A stretch of 32,000 nucleotides of DNA from Ktedonobacterales bacterium (lineage in GTDB: Bacteria; Chloroflexota; Ktedonobacteria; Ktedonobacterales; JADMIN01), in assembly GCA_030167145.1 (NCBI GenBank), contig CP126532.1:3510001-3542000 (forward strand), given 5' to 3'. Shown here piece after piece: positions 25,469-32,000 of the stretch (its first letter is position 1; each line of letters begins with the position of its first letter). The notes below the pieces were generated by a model. That model searched no databases and had not been told where the DNA came from. It saw nothing but the letters and a program-made list of their open reading frames with translations. The translations under genes were made by a program, and so were the position numbers.

Positions 25469-26014
25469 CTACATATCCACCAACAGGTCCAGCCCCTCCA
25501 CCTGATCGCGCTCGAAGGTCTTGAGGCTGATGCCGTGCAGATAGTTGCAGACCTCCTGGCGGGGCCAGCGCTCCTCCACGCTCAGCCGCACAATCTGGCG
25601 CATCCGTGGGCGCATCCAGTCAATCCGCGCGCTCAGTTCGCCGCGTGTCACCATGCGCGGCGTGCCATCCACCCGCAGAAACACCAGCGTCGCGTCGGCC
25701 TCCGCACGCGGCACCGCGCGCAAAAATTCGCGAATCAGCCGCCGCGCCTCAAGGCGCAGTTCCGCAGCATCTACTACCCGCGCGCCCATTCCCACTCCCC
25801 TTGCGGCGCTCATCCCTGCCGCCGCTGTCCCTGCGTCCATATCGCCAGCGTCGCCCTGCGCCACCCGTGCGCCTGGCCGCTCCTGCTCCGCGCCATGTTC
25901 TCCGGCATGTTCTCCCGCGCGCCCGCCCTCATCGGGCCTCCCCGCCACACCACCATGCGGCTGTTGCTGCTGTTGTGGCTGTTGCCGCAGCCGCCGCTCA
26001 TCTTGTCCCCACAT
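25469..26014 (-). CDS. hypothetical protein with low-complexity N-terminus and C-terminal sigma-70 region-4-like HTH
   Basis: Trimmed to ATG 26014 (AGGGGAGG 6 nt upstream), 181 aa. The C-terminus MRPRMRQIVRLSVEERWPRQEVCNYLHGISLKTFERDQVEGLDLL follows the LPxRxRxV..L....g.s..E.a..lgiS..T......al..L pattern of sigma region 4. Confidence 0.55.
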   Translation of the reverse strand: MWGQDERRLRQQPQQQQQPHGGVAGRPDEGGRAGEHAGEHGAEQERPGARVAQGDAGDMDAGTAAAGMSAARGVGMGARVVDAAELRLEARRLIREFLRAVPRAEADATLVFLRVDGTPRMVTRGELSARIDWMRPRMRQIVRLSVEERWPRQEVCNYLHGISLKTFERDQVEGLDLLVDM

Positions 26015-26198
26015 CGCGCGCCTCCCCTGGAATTCGGCTGGTCCGCGCGACACGCATCCTCGCCTCGCCGCGTTCCCTCCCTTTCTATCACTATAGAACA
26101 TAATTTCTAAATCGTCAATGGTTGAGCGCGCGAAATGGGGCGTGATACGAGACGCCCCATTCGCCCGATTGCACACACTCCGCATGTGCTGCTCTCGC

Positions 26199-26759
26199 TT
26201 ACCGCCCTGTCGCGCGCATCCAGCGTCCCATCATCATCCCGCCGCCTCGCCGTCCGCGCCCGAGTCCACGCCCAAACTCACCCCGGAACCCACGACCGAA
26301 CCCACGCGCAAACTCGCGCCCGTATCTGAGGCCAACATTGGTGTTCGCGCCACGCCACAGCCGCGTCAGCCAGATCCCCATGAAGCCAAGCGTGGTCACC
26401 GCTGCCAGCGCTACCTTCGTCGCATCCACGATGGGCTGTACGCGCACTCCCTCCGGCGTGACGATCACTGCCGCCACTGGACGCCCCGACCCACCGCCGC
26501 CGCCGCCGCTGCCCTCGCCCTGACTCCGCCCGGAACCATCTGGCGCGGTGCCACTGCCGGTGCCGCTGCCCATGCCGATCCCCGTGAAGATCTCCGCGCA
26601 GGGGATGATCGTCGTGTCGCCGCGTACGATTGGCTCACCATAGACACCCCGTACACTCAGCGTTTCCAGCAGCCGCCGCAGCGCCATATCCGTCGCGGCG
26701 ATGTTCGCTGTTGGCGTCGTTCCCGCCATGGTCGTTCGCTCACCAAGCTCTTGTGTCAT
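26199..26759 (-). CDS. GerW/YtfJ-family (spore-associated) protein with TM helix and Arg/Gly-rich tail
   Basis: Trimmed to ATG 26759 (AAAGGAG 8 nt upstream), 186 aa. Family pattern: VYGEPIVRGDTTIIPCAEIFTGIGMGSGTGSG ... GEGSGGGGGGSGRPVAAVIVTPEGVRVQPI. This is followed by ALAAVTTLGFMGIWL and a GRGFRGEFGRGLGRGRRGGG tail. Confidence 0.7.
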   Translation of the reverse strand: MTQELGERTTMAGTTPTANIAATDMALRRLLETLSVRGVYGEPIVRGDTTIIPCAEIFTGIGMGSGTGSGTAPDGSGRSQGEGSGGGGGGSGRPVAAVIVTPEGVRVQPIVDATKVALAAVTTLGFMGIWLTRLWRGANTNVGLRYGREFARGFGRGFRGEFGRGLGRGRRGGGMMMGRWMRATGR

Positions 26760-27058
26760 TGCATACGCTCCTTTCGCGTGTTGAATCTCTCGCTCACTTG
26801 AAACGCCAGAAGACTTGCTCCCGTGGCCAGCGCCAGCGCGACCAGCACCCATCGTGTGAGGTTGCGAATTGGGATGCGCTTCACGCGCGTGCCATCTCGC
26901 GCCTCCACTGCCACGGGCCGCGCCCATGCCAGACCCCCGCCGGGCCAGTCCAGCGCCGTCACCCGCGCAATCGGCGTGACGACCTGACTACCCGTCGTAA
27001 TCGGCTCTCCCCGCAGCGTCTCGTTGCGCCACCGGGGAAAACCTCCTTCTCGCGCCAT
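26756..27058 (-). CDS. small membrane-anchored protein with a partial GerW-like N-terminal motif
   Basis: Trimmed to ATG 27058, 100 aa. LRGEPITTGSQVVTPIARVTAL resembles the GerW/YtfJ N-terminal strand motif, and there is a C-terminal TM helix (WVLVALALATGASLLAF). Its stop overlaps the ATG of the next gene (ATGA at 26759-26756). Confidence 0.5.
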   Translation of the reverse strand: MAREGGFPRWRNETLRGEPITTGSQVVTPIARVTALDWPGGGLAWARPVAVEARDGTRVKRIPIRNLTRWVLVALALATGASLLAFQVSERFNTRKERMQ

Positions 27059-27197
27059 CGGTTCATCCCTTCTCGTTCTCGATTTCAACATGGGTGTATT
27101 CCATGCCGATGCGCATTGCGCGCACAATCAATGCCGCCATCCCCGCGCGCTTGTCCATCCTCCCCACTTTCGTGACGCGCGTGTGAGCCGTGCGGCG

Positions 27198-27206
27198 TGA
27201 TATACT
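27198..27206 (+). promoter_or_regulatory. candidate extended -10 element (TGA-TATACT) upstream of ychF
   Basis: TGATATACT lies about 140 nt upstream of ATG 27347. I found no convincing -35. Confidence 0.35.
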
Positions 27207-27346
27207 ACTGCGGTTTCGCGCACGCAATCCGCGCGGATTCTGAACAGAAGAGAACACGGGCGACAGTGCGTAGGTGAGCGGGCATCCCTCCCCGTCCCGA
27301 ATGCACCCGTTGCCCATGCCAGAGAGAGCGAGAGCAGAGCACTCCT

Positions 27347-28501
27347 ATGGGCCTTACCGTCGGCATTATCGGGCTGCCGCAATCCGGCAAGACAACGCTC
27401 TTTAACGCGCTGACCCGTGCGGGCGCGCAGATCTCCGGTTACCCCACCAGCACCGTGCAGGCCAACCGCGCCGTGGTGGAGGTGCCGGATGAGCGGCTGG
27501 CGCGGCTGGCGGAGATCTTCAATCCGCGCAAGATCGTGCCGACCACGGTGGAGTTCGTAGACGTAGCGGGGCTTGGGCAGGCAAGCGAGGACACCAAGAA
27601 ACAGGGTTTGAGCGCCGAGTTCATCGGGCATATCCGCAATGCCGACGCCCTGGCTGTCGTCGTGCGCTGCTTCAGCAATCCCGCCGCGCCACATCCCGCT
27701 GGCAGCGTGGACGCTGAACGCGACCTGAACGAACTGCTGACCGAACTCACGCTGACGGATCTGGCGACAGTGGAGAAGCGCGTCGAGTCTGCGGGACGTA
27801 AGGCGAAGTCGGGCGATAAGAAGGTGATCGAAGAGCTAGACTTCCTCAAGCGGCTGCGCGACGGGCTGAGCGAGGGCAAAACCGTCGCTGACATGTCGTT
27901 CTCCACGCCAGAGCAGGCGGTGCTGCGCGAGCTATTCTTGCTCACGATGAAGCTGCGCTTCTACGTGGTGAACGTCAGCGAAGACGCGCTGGCCGAGGCG
28001 GGAACGCTGCTGGCGGGTGATGCGCCCGCGCCGGAGGGGGGCGAGCTGGCCTGCGTAGCGGCGGTGCGTGCGCGTGCGCGGGCCGAGGGCGCGGAGGTGG
28101 TGGCCGTTTCGGCGAAGCTGGAGGCGGAGTTGGGCGAGCTGCCACCGGAGGACGCGGCGGAGTATCTGGGCGCGCTTGGGCTGCCGGAACTGGGTGCGGA
28201 TCGCGTGGTGCAGGCGGGATATCGCGCGCTGAACCTGATCTCGTTCCTGACGGCGGGCGAAGATGAGGTGCGCGCCTGGACCGTCACGCGCGGCTCAAAA
28301 GCACCGGTCGCCGCTGGCAAGATCCACACCGACTTCGAGCGCGGATTCATCCGCGCCGAGGTGGTGCATTACGATGACCTGATGGCCGACAGCGGCTCCA
28401 TGAAGACCGCCCGCGAACACGGCCACATCCGCCTTGAGGGCAAGGACTACGTCGTGCGCGACGGTGACATCATCGAGTTTCGCTTCAACGTCTCACGATA
28501 G
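27347..28501 (+). CDS. ychF: ribosome-binding/redox-regulated ATPase YchF (Obg-family P-loop)
   Basis: 384-aa ORF with G1 [27 protein letters not shown] (G3), a coiled-coil insert, and the C-terminal TGS/YchF domain ([40 protein letters not shown]). Confidence 0.93.
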   Translation: MGLTVGIIGLPQSGKTTLFNALTRAGAQISGYPTSTVQANRAVVEVPDERLARLAEIFNPRKIVPTTVEFVDVAGLGQASEDTKKQGLSAEFIGHIRNADALAVVVRCFSNPAAPHPAGSVDAERDLNELLTELTLTDLATVEKRVESAGRKAKSGDKKVIEELDFLKRLRDGLSEGKTVADMSFSTPEQAVLRELFLLTMKLRFYVVNVSEDALAEAGTLLAGDAPAPEGGELACVAAVRARARAEGAEVVAVSAKLEAELGELPPEDAAEYLGALGLPELGADRVVQAGYRALNLISFLTAGEDEVRAWTVTRGSKAPVAAGKIHTDFERGFIRAEVVHYDDLMADSGSMKTAREHGHIRLEGKDYVVRDGDIIEFRFNVSR

Positions 28502-28513
28502 GATTGACCAGCA

Positions 28514-28555
28514 GATGGGCGTCCGCCGGATGGGCGTCCGCCGGACGCCCCTACG
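28514..28555. repeat. REP-like element between convergent ychF and the kinase gene: 15-bp tandem x2 plus palindrome (possible bidirectional terminator)
   Basis: GATGGGCGTCCGCCG occurs at 28514-28528 and again at 28529-28543. The dyad GGGCGTCCG-C-CGGACGCCC lies at 28532-28550. 28535-28555 is the reverse complement of the 21-mer at 16592-16612. Confidence 0.7.
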
Positions 28556-28574
28556 TATCTGCCACGTGGGCAGG

Positions 28575-30443
28575 TTAGCCGCCGATGGAGACCTGGCTGT
28601 AGAGCAGCGCATCCTGGAAGGTGACCGGTCCGCCCTGCGAACAGAGATTCATCCAGCCCTTGGAGAACGACTTGTCCACGTCTTTGGCTGGATCGCCGAC
28701 CGGGTTACCGTTGATGTAGAGTTGGAAGCTGTTGCCATTGTAGAGCACGCCGATGACGTAGTGCGCCGCCAGGTCGAGCGAAGGGATTCCAGCGGGCGTC
28801 AAGGGAACTATCTGCGGGGTACCACCTGCGTCAATGACTTTGTAGAAGGTCAGCGTAGACGGCGAGACCGCGAGATAGTAGCCAGTAAGCTGGTTCGTGC
28901 CGCCACCCAGCGAGACTGTGCCCTGGCGAATGCCCAGCACCGCTGTCCCGTTTGTCCCCGGCGCGACCAGCACACTGGCATAGCCAGCGGCGAGATTCGG
29001 CTGTGGCGCGTAGACGCAGCCCAGCGTATTCGCCTGGGTCGGCGTGATGGTGAGGCTGCTGGCGCTGGCCCCGCAGGTCAGGGTTGTATTGTCGGCGGTC
29101 TTCCACTGGATGGAGCCATTAGTATCGCAGGTCGGCGCGACATCGCTTATCAACGGATTGCTCAGCGATACGGACGCAGGCAGCGGTACGCAGGTCGCGT
29201 CGTCGGTGATCTGGAGCGTTGTGCCTGCCGCACAGAACGGAATCGCCGCCGTCGGCGGCAGCGTGGGGGTAATCGCGGGGCCGGTGGCCGTGGCCGTCAC
29301 GGTTGGCTGAGCGGTGGTGGCCGTGGCCGTCGCTTTGCCGGTGCCGCCACCGTTGCCGTTGAAGCGATTCGCCAGCCCGATGCCGCCGATGATCGCCACC
29401 AGCAGCAGCACGGCGGCCAGCGCGGTGACGAGCACACGCCCAGATCCGCCTTTGGGTTTCGGCTGTGGCGCGGGCGATGGATTCCACTGCGGCGCGGGAC
29501 CTTGCTGTGTCTGCATCGGCGGCAGTGGTGGCGGTGTGGCGGCCATGGTGGTGGCGTCGGCGATGGGATTCGATGAGGGCGCGGCGAGCCTGCCCGCGGC
29601 GGCCTCGCGCAGCGCCAGACCAAACGCGGCGACGGTAGGATAGCGCTGCGCCGGATCTTTGGCCAGCCCGCGATTGATCACCGCCTCCACGGCAGGCGAA
29701 ACGGCCGGGTTCAGCGCGTGCAGCGAAGGCGGTTGCTCATACAGGTGCGCGCGGGTCAGCGCGGCCAGTTCACCGTCGAAGGGGGTGCGCCCCGCCAGCA
29801 GTTGGAAGGCCATCACCGCCAGCGCATACTGGTCACTGGCGGCGGAGAACTTGCCGTTGAATTGTTCGGGGGCCATATAGAGGAAGGTACCCGTCACCTG
29901 CGTGCGCCCAGAGGTATCCACGCCGCGTGCCACGCCGAAGTCGGCGAGCAGCACATGCCACTGACCGTCCTCGACACGAATCAGCACGTTACCGGGTTTC
30001 ACATCGCGGTGAATGATGCCGCGCTCATGCACGTATTGCAGCGCGCTGGCGACCTGGCTGATGAGGTCCACGGCGAAAGGGACGGGCGCGGGGAGCTTGA
30101 GCGGGTGTTTGCCGTTGCCCTTGATGGCGTCGGCCAGCGAGCCGCCGGGAGCGTAGTCCATGATCAGGTACAGCAGATCGCTCTGCACACCGTAATCATG
30201 CACCGGCAGGATGTTCGGGTGCGTCAGGTTGGCCAGCGTCTTGGCTTCGCGCTCGAACTGCTGGCGCACTTCGCTGGTGTCTTTAGAGTGGAAGGCGGCG
30301 TCATCCACGCTGACGACTTTGACGGCCACCTGACGGCCCAGGTTGATCTGCTCGCCCAGGTAGACCTCGCCCATGCCGCCCGCGCCAATCTTGCGGATTA
30401 GTCGGTATTTGCCGTCCAGCACCTGTCCATCGAGGTTTAACAT
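28575..30443 (-). CDS. Hanks-type Ser/Thr protein kinase with single TM helix and Cys-rich plus LamG/ConA-like extracellular domain
   Basis: Trimmed to ATG 30443 (GGGAGGGA 7 nt upstream), 622 aa. Kinase motifs: GAGGMGEVY, AVK, HRDVKPGNVL, DFGVAR, GTFLYMAPE. TM helix VLVTALAAVLLLVAIIGGIGLA. The C-terminal about 150 aa (YYLAVSPSTLTFYKV ... VLYNGNSFQLYINGNPVG) resemble a concanavalin/LamG-like jelly-roll. Confidence 0.9.
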   Translation of the reverse strand: MLNLDGQVLDGKYRLIRKIGAGGMGEVYLGEQINLGRQVAVKVVSVDDAAFHSKDTSEVRQQFEREAKTLANLTHPNILPVHDYGVQSDLLYLIMDYAPGGSLADAIKGNGKHPLKLPAPVPFAVDLISQVASALQYVHERGIIHRDVKPGNVLIRVEDGQWHVLLADFGVARGVDTSGRTQVTGTFLYMAPEQFNGKFSAASDQYALAVMAFQLLAGRTPFDGELAALTRAHLYEQPPSLHALNPAVSPAVEAVINRGLAKDPAQRYPTVAAFGLALREAAAGRLAAPSSNPIADATTMAATPPPLPPMQTQQGPAPQWNPSPAPQPKPKGGSGRVLVTALAAVLLLVAIIGGIGLANRFNGNGGGTGKATATATTAQPTVTATATGPAITPTLPPTAAIPFCAAGTTLQITDDATCVPLPASVSLSNPLISDVAPTCDTNGSIQWKTADNTTLTCGASASSLTITPTQANTLGCVYAPQPNLAAGYASVLVAPGTNGTAVLGIRQGTVSLGGGTNQLTGYYLAVSPSTLTFYKVIDAGGTPQIVPLTPAGIPSLDLAAHYVIGVLYNGNSFQLYINGNPVGDPAKDVDKSFSKGWMNLCSQGGPVTFQDALLYSQVSIGG

Positions 30444-30585
30444 GCCACCGTCCCTCCCACCTCTGCCGTACCGCCGCGCCAACGAACGCCGCGCGCAAGT
30501 CAGTATAGCAGAGATTGGCGCGCCGTGGGAGATCCCCCTGATGTATTAGACGTGCGGCATAGTGGCCCGGTTCCATCGCTTGGGG

Positions 30586-31392
30586 TCACGCGGCTGGCGG
30601 AACCCGCACAGCGAGGGGGCGTGATGCCCGCCGCAGCGCCCACAGCGTCCCGCTCTGGATCGTCAAGGTGACCAGAATAGCGATGACGAAGGCGGAAGCG
30701 ATGCCAGTGTGTCCCAGCAAGAGGGCCAGCGTGAGGAAGAAGCCCGCAAAGGCGAAGAGGCCGAGCAATAGCCCGCGCAGCACACCGATTGCCGCCGCTG
30801 GCCCCTGCTGCTGCTGCGCGAAGATCGCCAGGATCGCCGCATAGAGCGGGAACGGCGCGAGCAACCCAGTCAGGTGCGGGCCAAGGATGGGCGCGGCTTC
30901 GGTCAGCAGCACCACGAAAGCTGTAGCGACCACCATCCGCACGGGCAAATCCCAGGATGGCAAGCCGCTCTTCGCAGGGCGCGGCGCTTTGGCTACGGCG
31001 CGCGGCAGCAGCCGCAACGACAGAGCCAGCGCCGCGACAACCACCAGAAACAGCGGCACAGGCGGCAGGGTCAGCATGTGCAGCGCGAAGGTCGCCGCCG
31101 CGAAAGCGAGGCAGGCCACCGCAACTGTCAACGGCCATCCCGCGCGCAAGGCCAGCCAGCCGTAGGCCAGGCAGAACGCCGCCTGCGAGATCGCGCCCGC
31201 GAGCACGCCGGTTGCGGCGGCGGCGGCGAAGCTGGCGCCGTGGCTGAGCGCGAGGAACAAGGTGATCGGCCCGGAGGTCAGTGGCAGCCCGACGAGCCAG
31301 CCGCTCACCGCCGTGCCCCAACGGCGTCCGGCGAGGCTGGCGGCGGCGATCAGCGTAGGCGTCAGGATCAGTTTCAAGGCGAGGGTGTTCAT
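30586..31392 (-). CDS. polytopic membrane protein of unknown function
   Basis: 268-aa ORF with about 7-8 hydrophobic helices. It is the only one of the overlapping frames here with a protein-like sequence. No confident family. Confidence 0.6.
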   Translation of the reverse strand: MNTLALKLILTPTLIAAASLAGRRWGTAVSGWLVGLPLTSGPITLFLALSHGASFAAAAATGVLAGAISQAAFCLAYGWLALRAGWPLTVAVACLAFAAATFALHMLTLPPVPLFLVVVAALALSLRLLPRAVAKAPRPAKSGLPSWDLPVRMVVATAFVVLLTEAAPILGPHLTGLLAPFPLYAAILAIFAQQQQGPAAAIGVLRGLLLGLFAFAGFFLTLALLLGHTGIASAFVIAILVTLTIQSGTLWALRRASRPLAVRVPPAA

Positions 31393-31478
31393 ATCGGTGG
31401 GAAAGGCACTCCATCTTGGCGTTGCGGTGTCTTGTGCTGGCTATCATACACTGTGACAGGACTAGCGGGCCAGAGGGT

Positions 31479-31508
31479 TTGGCGAGAGTGCGGCATTGCT
31501 GCTATACT
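31479..31508 (+). promoter_or_regulatory. candidate promoter with extended -10 (TTGGCG-N18 ending TGC-TATACT) for the fluoride riboswitch/crcB transcript
   Basis: TGCTATACT at 31500-31508 and TTGGCG at 31479-31484. The aptamer begins about 16 nt downstream of the -10. Confidence 0.5.
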
Positions 31509-31523
31509 ATTGGCAACGATAGT

Positions 31524-31584
31524 GGTGATGAGGCTCGCCCTTAACCGTGCCGGCTGTTTCGGCGGCGCTGATGGCTTCTACTCC
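31524..31584 (+). promoter_or_regulatory. fluoride riboswitch (crcB RNA motif) aptamer
   Basis: GGUGAUGAGGCUCGCCCUUAACCGUGCC-GGCUGUUUCGGC-GGCGCUGAUGGCUUCUACUCC aligns almost position for position with the Thermotoga petrophila aptamer as I recall it (GGGCGAUGAGGCCCGCCCAAACUGCCC..GGGCUGAUGGCCUCUACUG). It sits directly upstream of a crcB gene. Confidence 0.85.
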
Positions 31585-31642
31585 GACATGCTGGGCCGCG
31601 TGACGTACACGCGGCGGGTGTCGCCGTAGAGGCCTTTTTGTT
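31573..31642 (+). terminator. riboswitch expression platform: long imperfect terminator hairpin plus U-tract
   Basis: The aptamer 3' strand GGCUUCUAC (31573-31581) pairs with GUAGAGGCC (31626-31634; one G-U pair). Inner helices are CGACA/UGUCG and GCCGCG/CGCGGC. The hairpin is followed by UUUUUGUU (31635-31642). Using aptamer residues in the terminator stem is the classic fluoride-ON design. Confidence 0.7.
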
Positions 31643-31680
31643 GCCTTCGCGGAGTACAGACTGAAAGGGACTGCGGGCGC

Positions 31681-32000
31681 ATGCGACGATTGGCTCTGGT
31701 GTTCGCGGGTGGTTTCTGCGGCACCCTGGCGCGCTACCTGCTCTCTGCGCCGCTGCTGGCGCTCTTCGCGGCGCTGCTGCCTGGCTTTGGGCACGGCGCT
31801 ATGCCCTACGACATCCTGGCGATCAACCTGACCGGCGCGCTGGCGTTGGGGTTGCTCTACGGCCTCTTCGAGCGCGGCGTGGCGCTGCCACCGGACCTGC
31901 GCCTGGCGCTGGGCACGGGATTCCTGGGAGCCTATACCACGTTTAGCTCGTTCGTCTATGGCGGCGATACGCTGCTGCTGGGTGGCGCGCTGCTGCCGGG
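31681..32000 (+). CDS. crcB: fluoride ion channel CrcB/FluC (5' part; runs off the right edge)
   Basis: My translation from ATG 31681: MRRLALVFAGGFCGTLARYLLS ... INLTGALALGLLYGLF ... LGTGFLGAYTTFSSFVY. It carries the CrcB signatures (GG..G...RY, and F.G.(Y/F)TTFS.F). Not in the ORF track because there is no stop in the window. Confidence 0.9.
   Translation, partial: MRRLALVFAGGFCGTLARYLLSAPLLALFAALLPGFGHGAMPYDILAINLTGALALGLLYGLFERGVALPPDLRLALGTGFLGAYTTFSSFVYGGDTLLLGGALLP

Noticed and set aside
25535-26110. Three overlapping + strand ORFs (165-191 aa)
   Set aside because: They are antisense to the 25469-26014 gene and its upstream region. All frames are open due to G+C content, with no RBS or motifs.
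30500-31629. Alternative overlapping ORFs (315 aa minus, 251 aa plus) over the 30586-31392 gene
   Set aside because: R/A/G/P-rich shadow frames. Only the 268-aa frame gives regular hydrophobic helices.

Overview
High-G+C bacterial chromosomal window. Spot counts of 60-nt lines give about 65-75% G+C everywhere except one island. I support about 33 protein genes on both strands, two cis-regulatory RNAs and several repeat families. The gene content suggests a Terrabacteria lineage, possibly Chloroflexota (Ktedonobacteria-like) or Actinomycetota: T-box leader, crcB riboswitch, GerW/YtfJ-like proteins, an HTH-WYL regulator, a Hanks-type kinase and P/Q/Y-rich membrane proteins. That assignment is a guess I cannot verify. 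Housekeeping content, left to right: EamA transporter (partial) with a divergent Lrp/AsnC regulator; a sulfur block (cysK, Rrf2/CymR-like, LysR, DUF1634 plus TauE/SafE); a PIN toxin with a small upstream partner; serS behind a T-box leader; an MBL-fold/Rieske fusion protein; an MFS transporter divergent from an HTH-WYL regulator; a histidine phosphatase; a lipoprotein; methylmalonyl-CoA epimerase plus an acyl-CoA carboxyltransferase; a GerW-like operon; ychF; a Ser/Thr kinase; and a fluoride riboswitch with crcB (partial). Two regions deserve most attention. (1) 16.3-19.1 kb holds a full-length, apparently intact phage-type terminase large subunit with no other phage genes nearby. It is bracketed upstream by a palindrome plus 4 x 39-bp tandem hairpin repeats, and downstream by about 600 nt of A+C-skewed modular repeats that cannot be coding because the repeat offsets are not multiples of 3. 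(2) About 6.77-9.15 kb is an island of roughly 45-50% G+C. It carries a two-gene cassette (polytopic membrane protein plus 190-aa soluble protein) in which I recognise no family, next to the PIN module. I saw no rRNA, tRNA, CRISPR array, transposase or integrase. The many long ORFs antisense to real genes are high-G+C artefacts.
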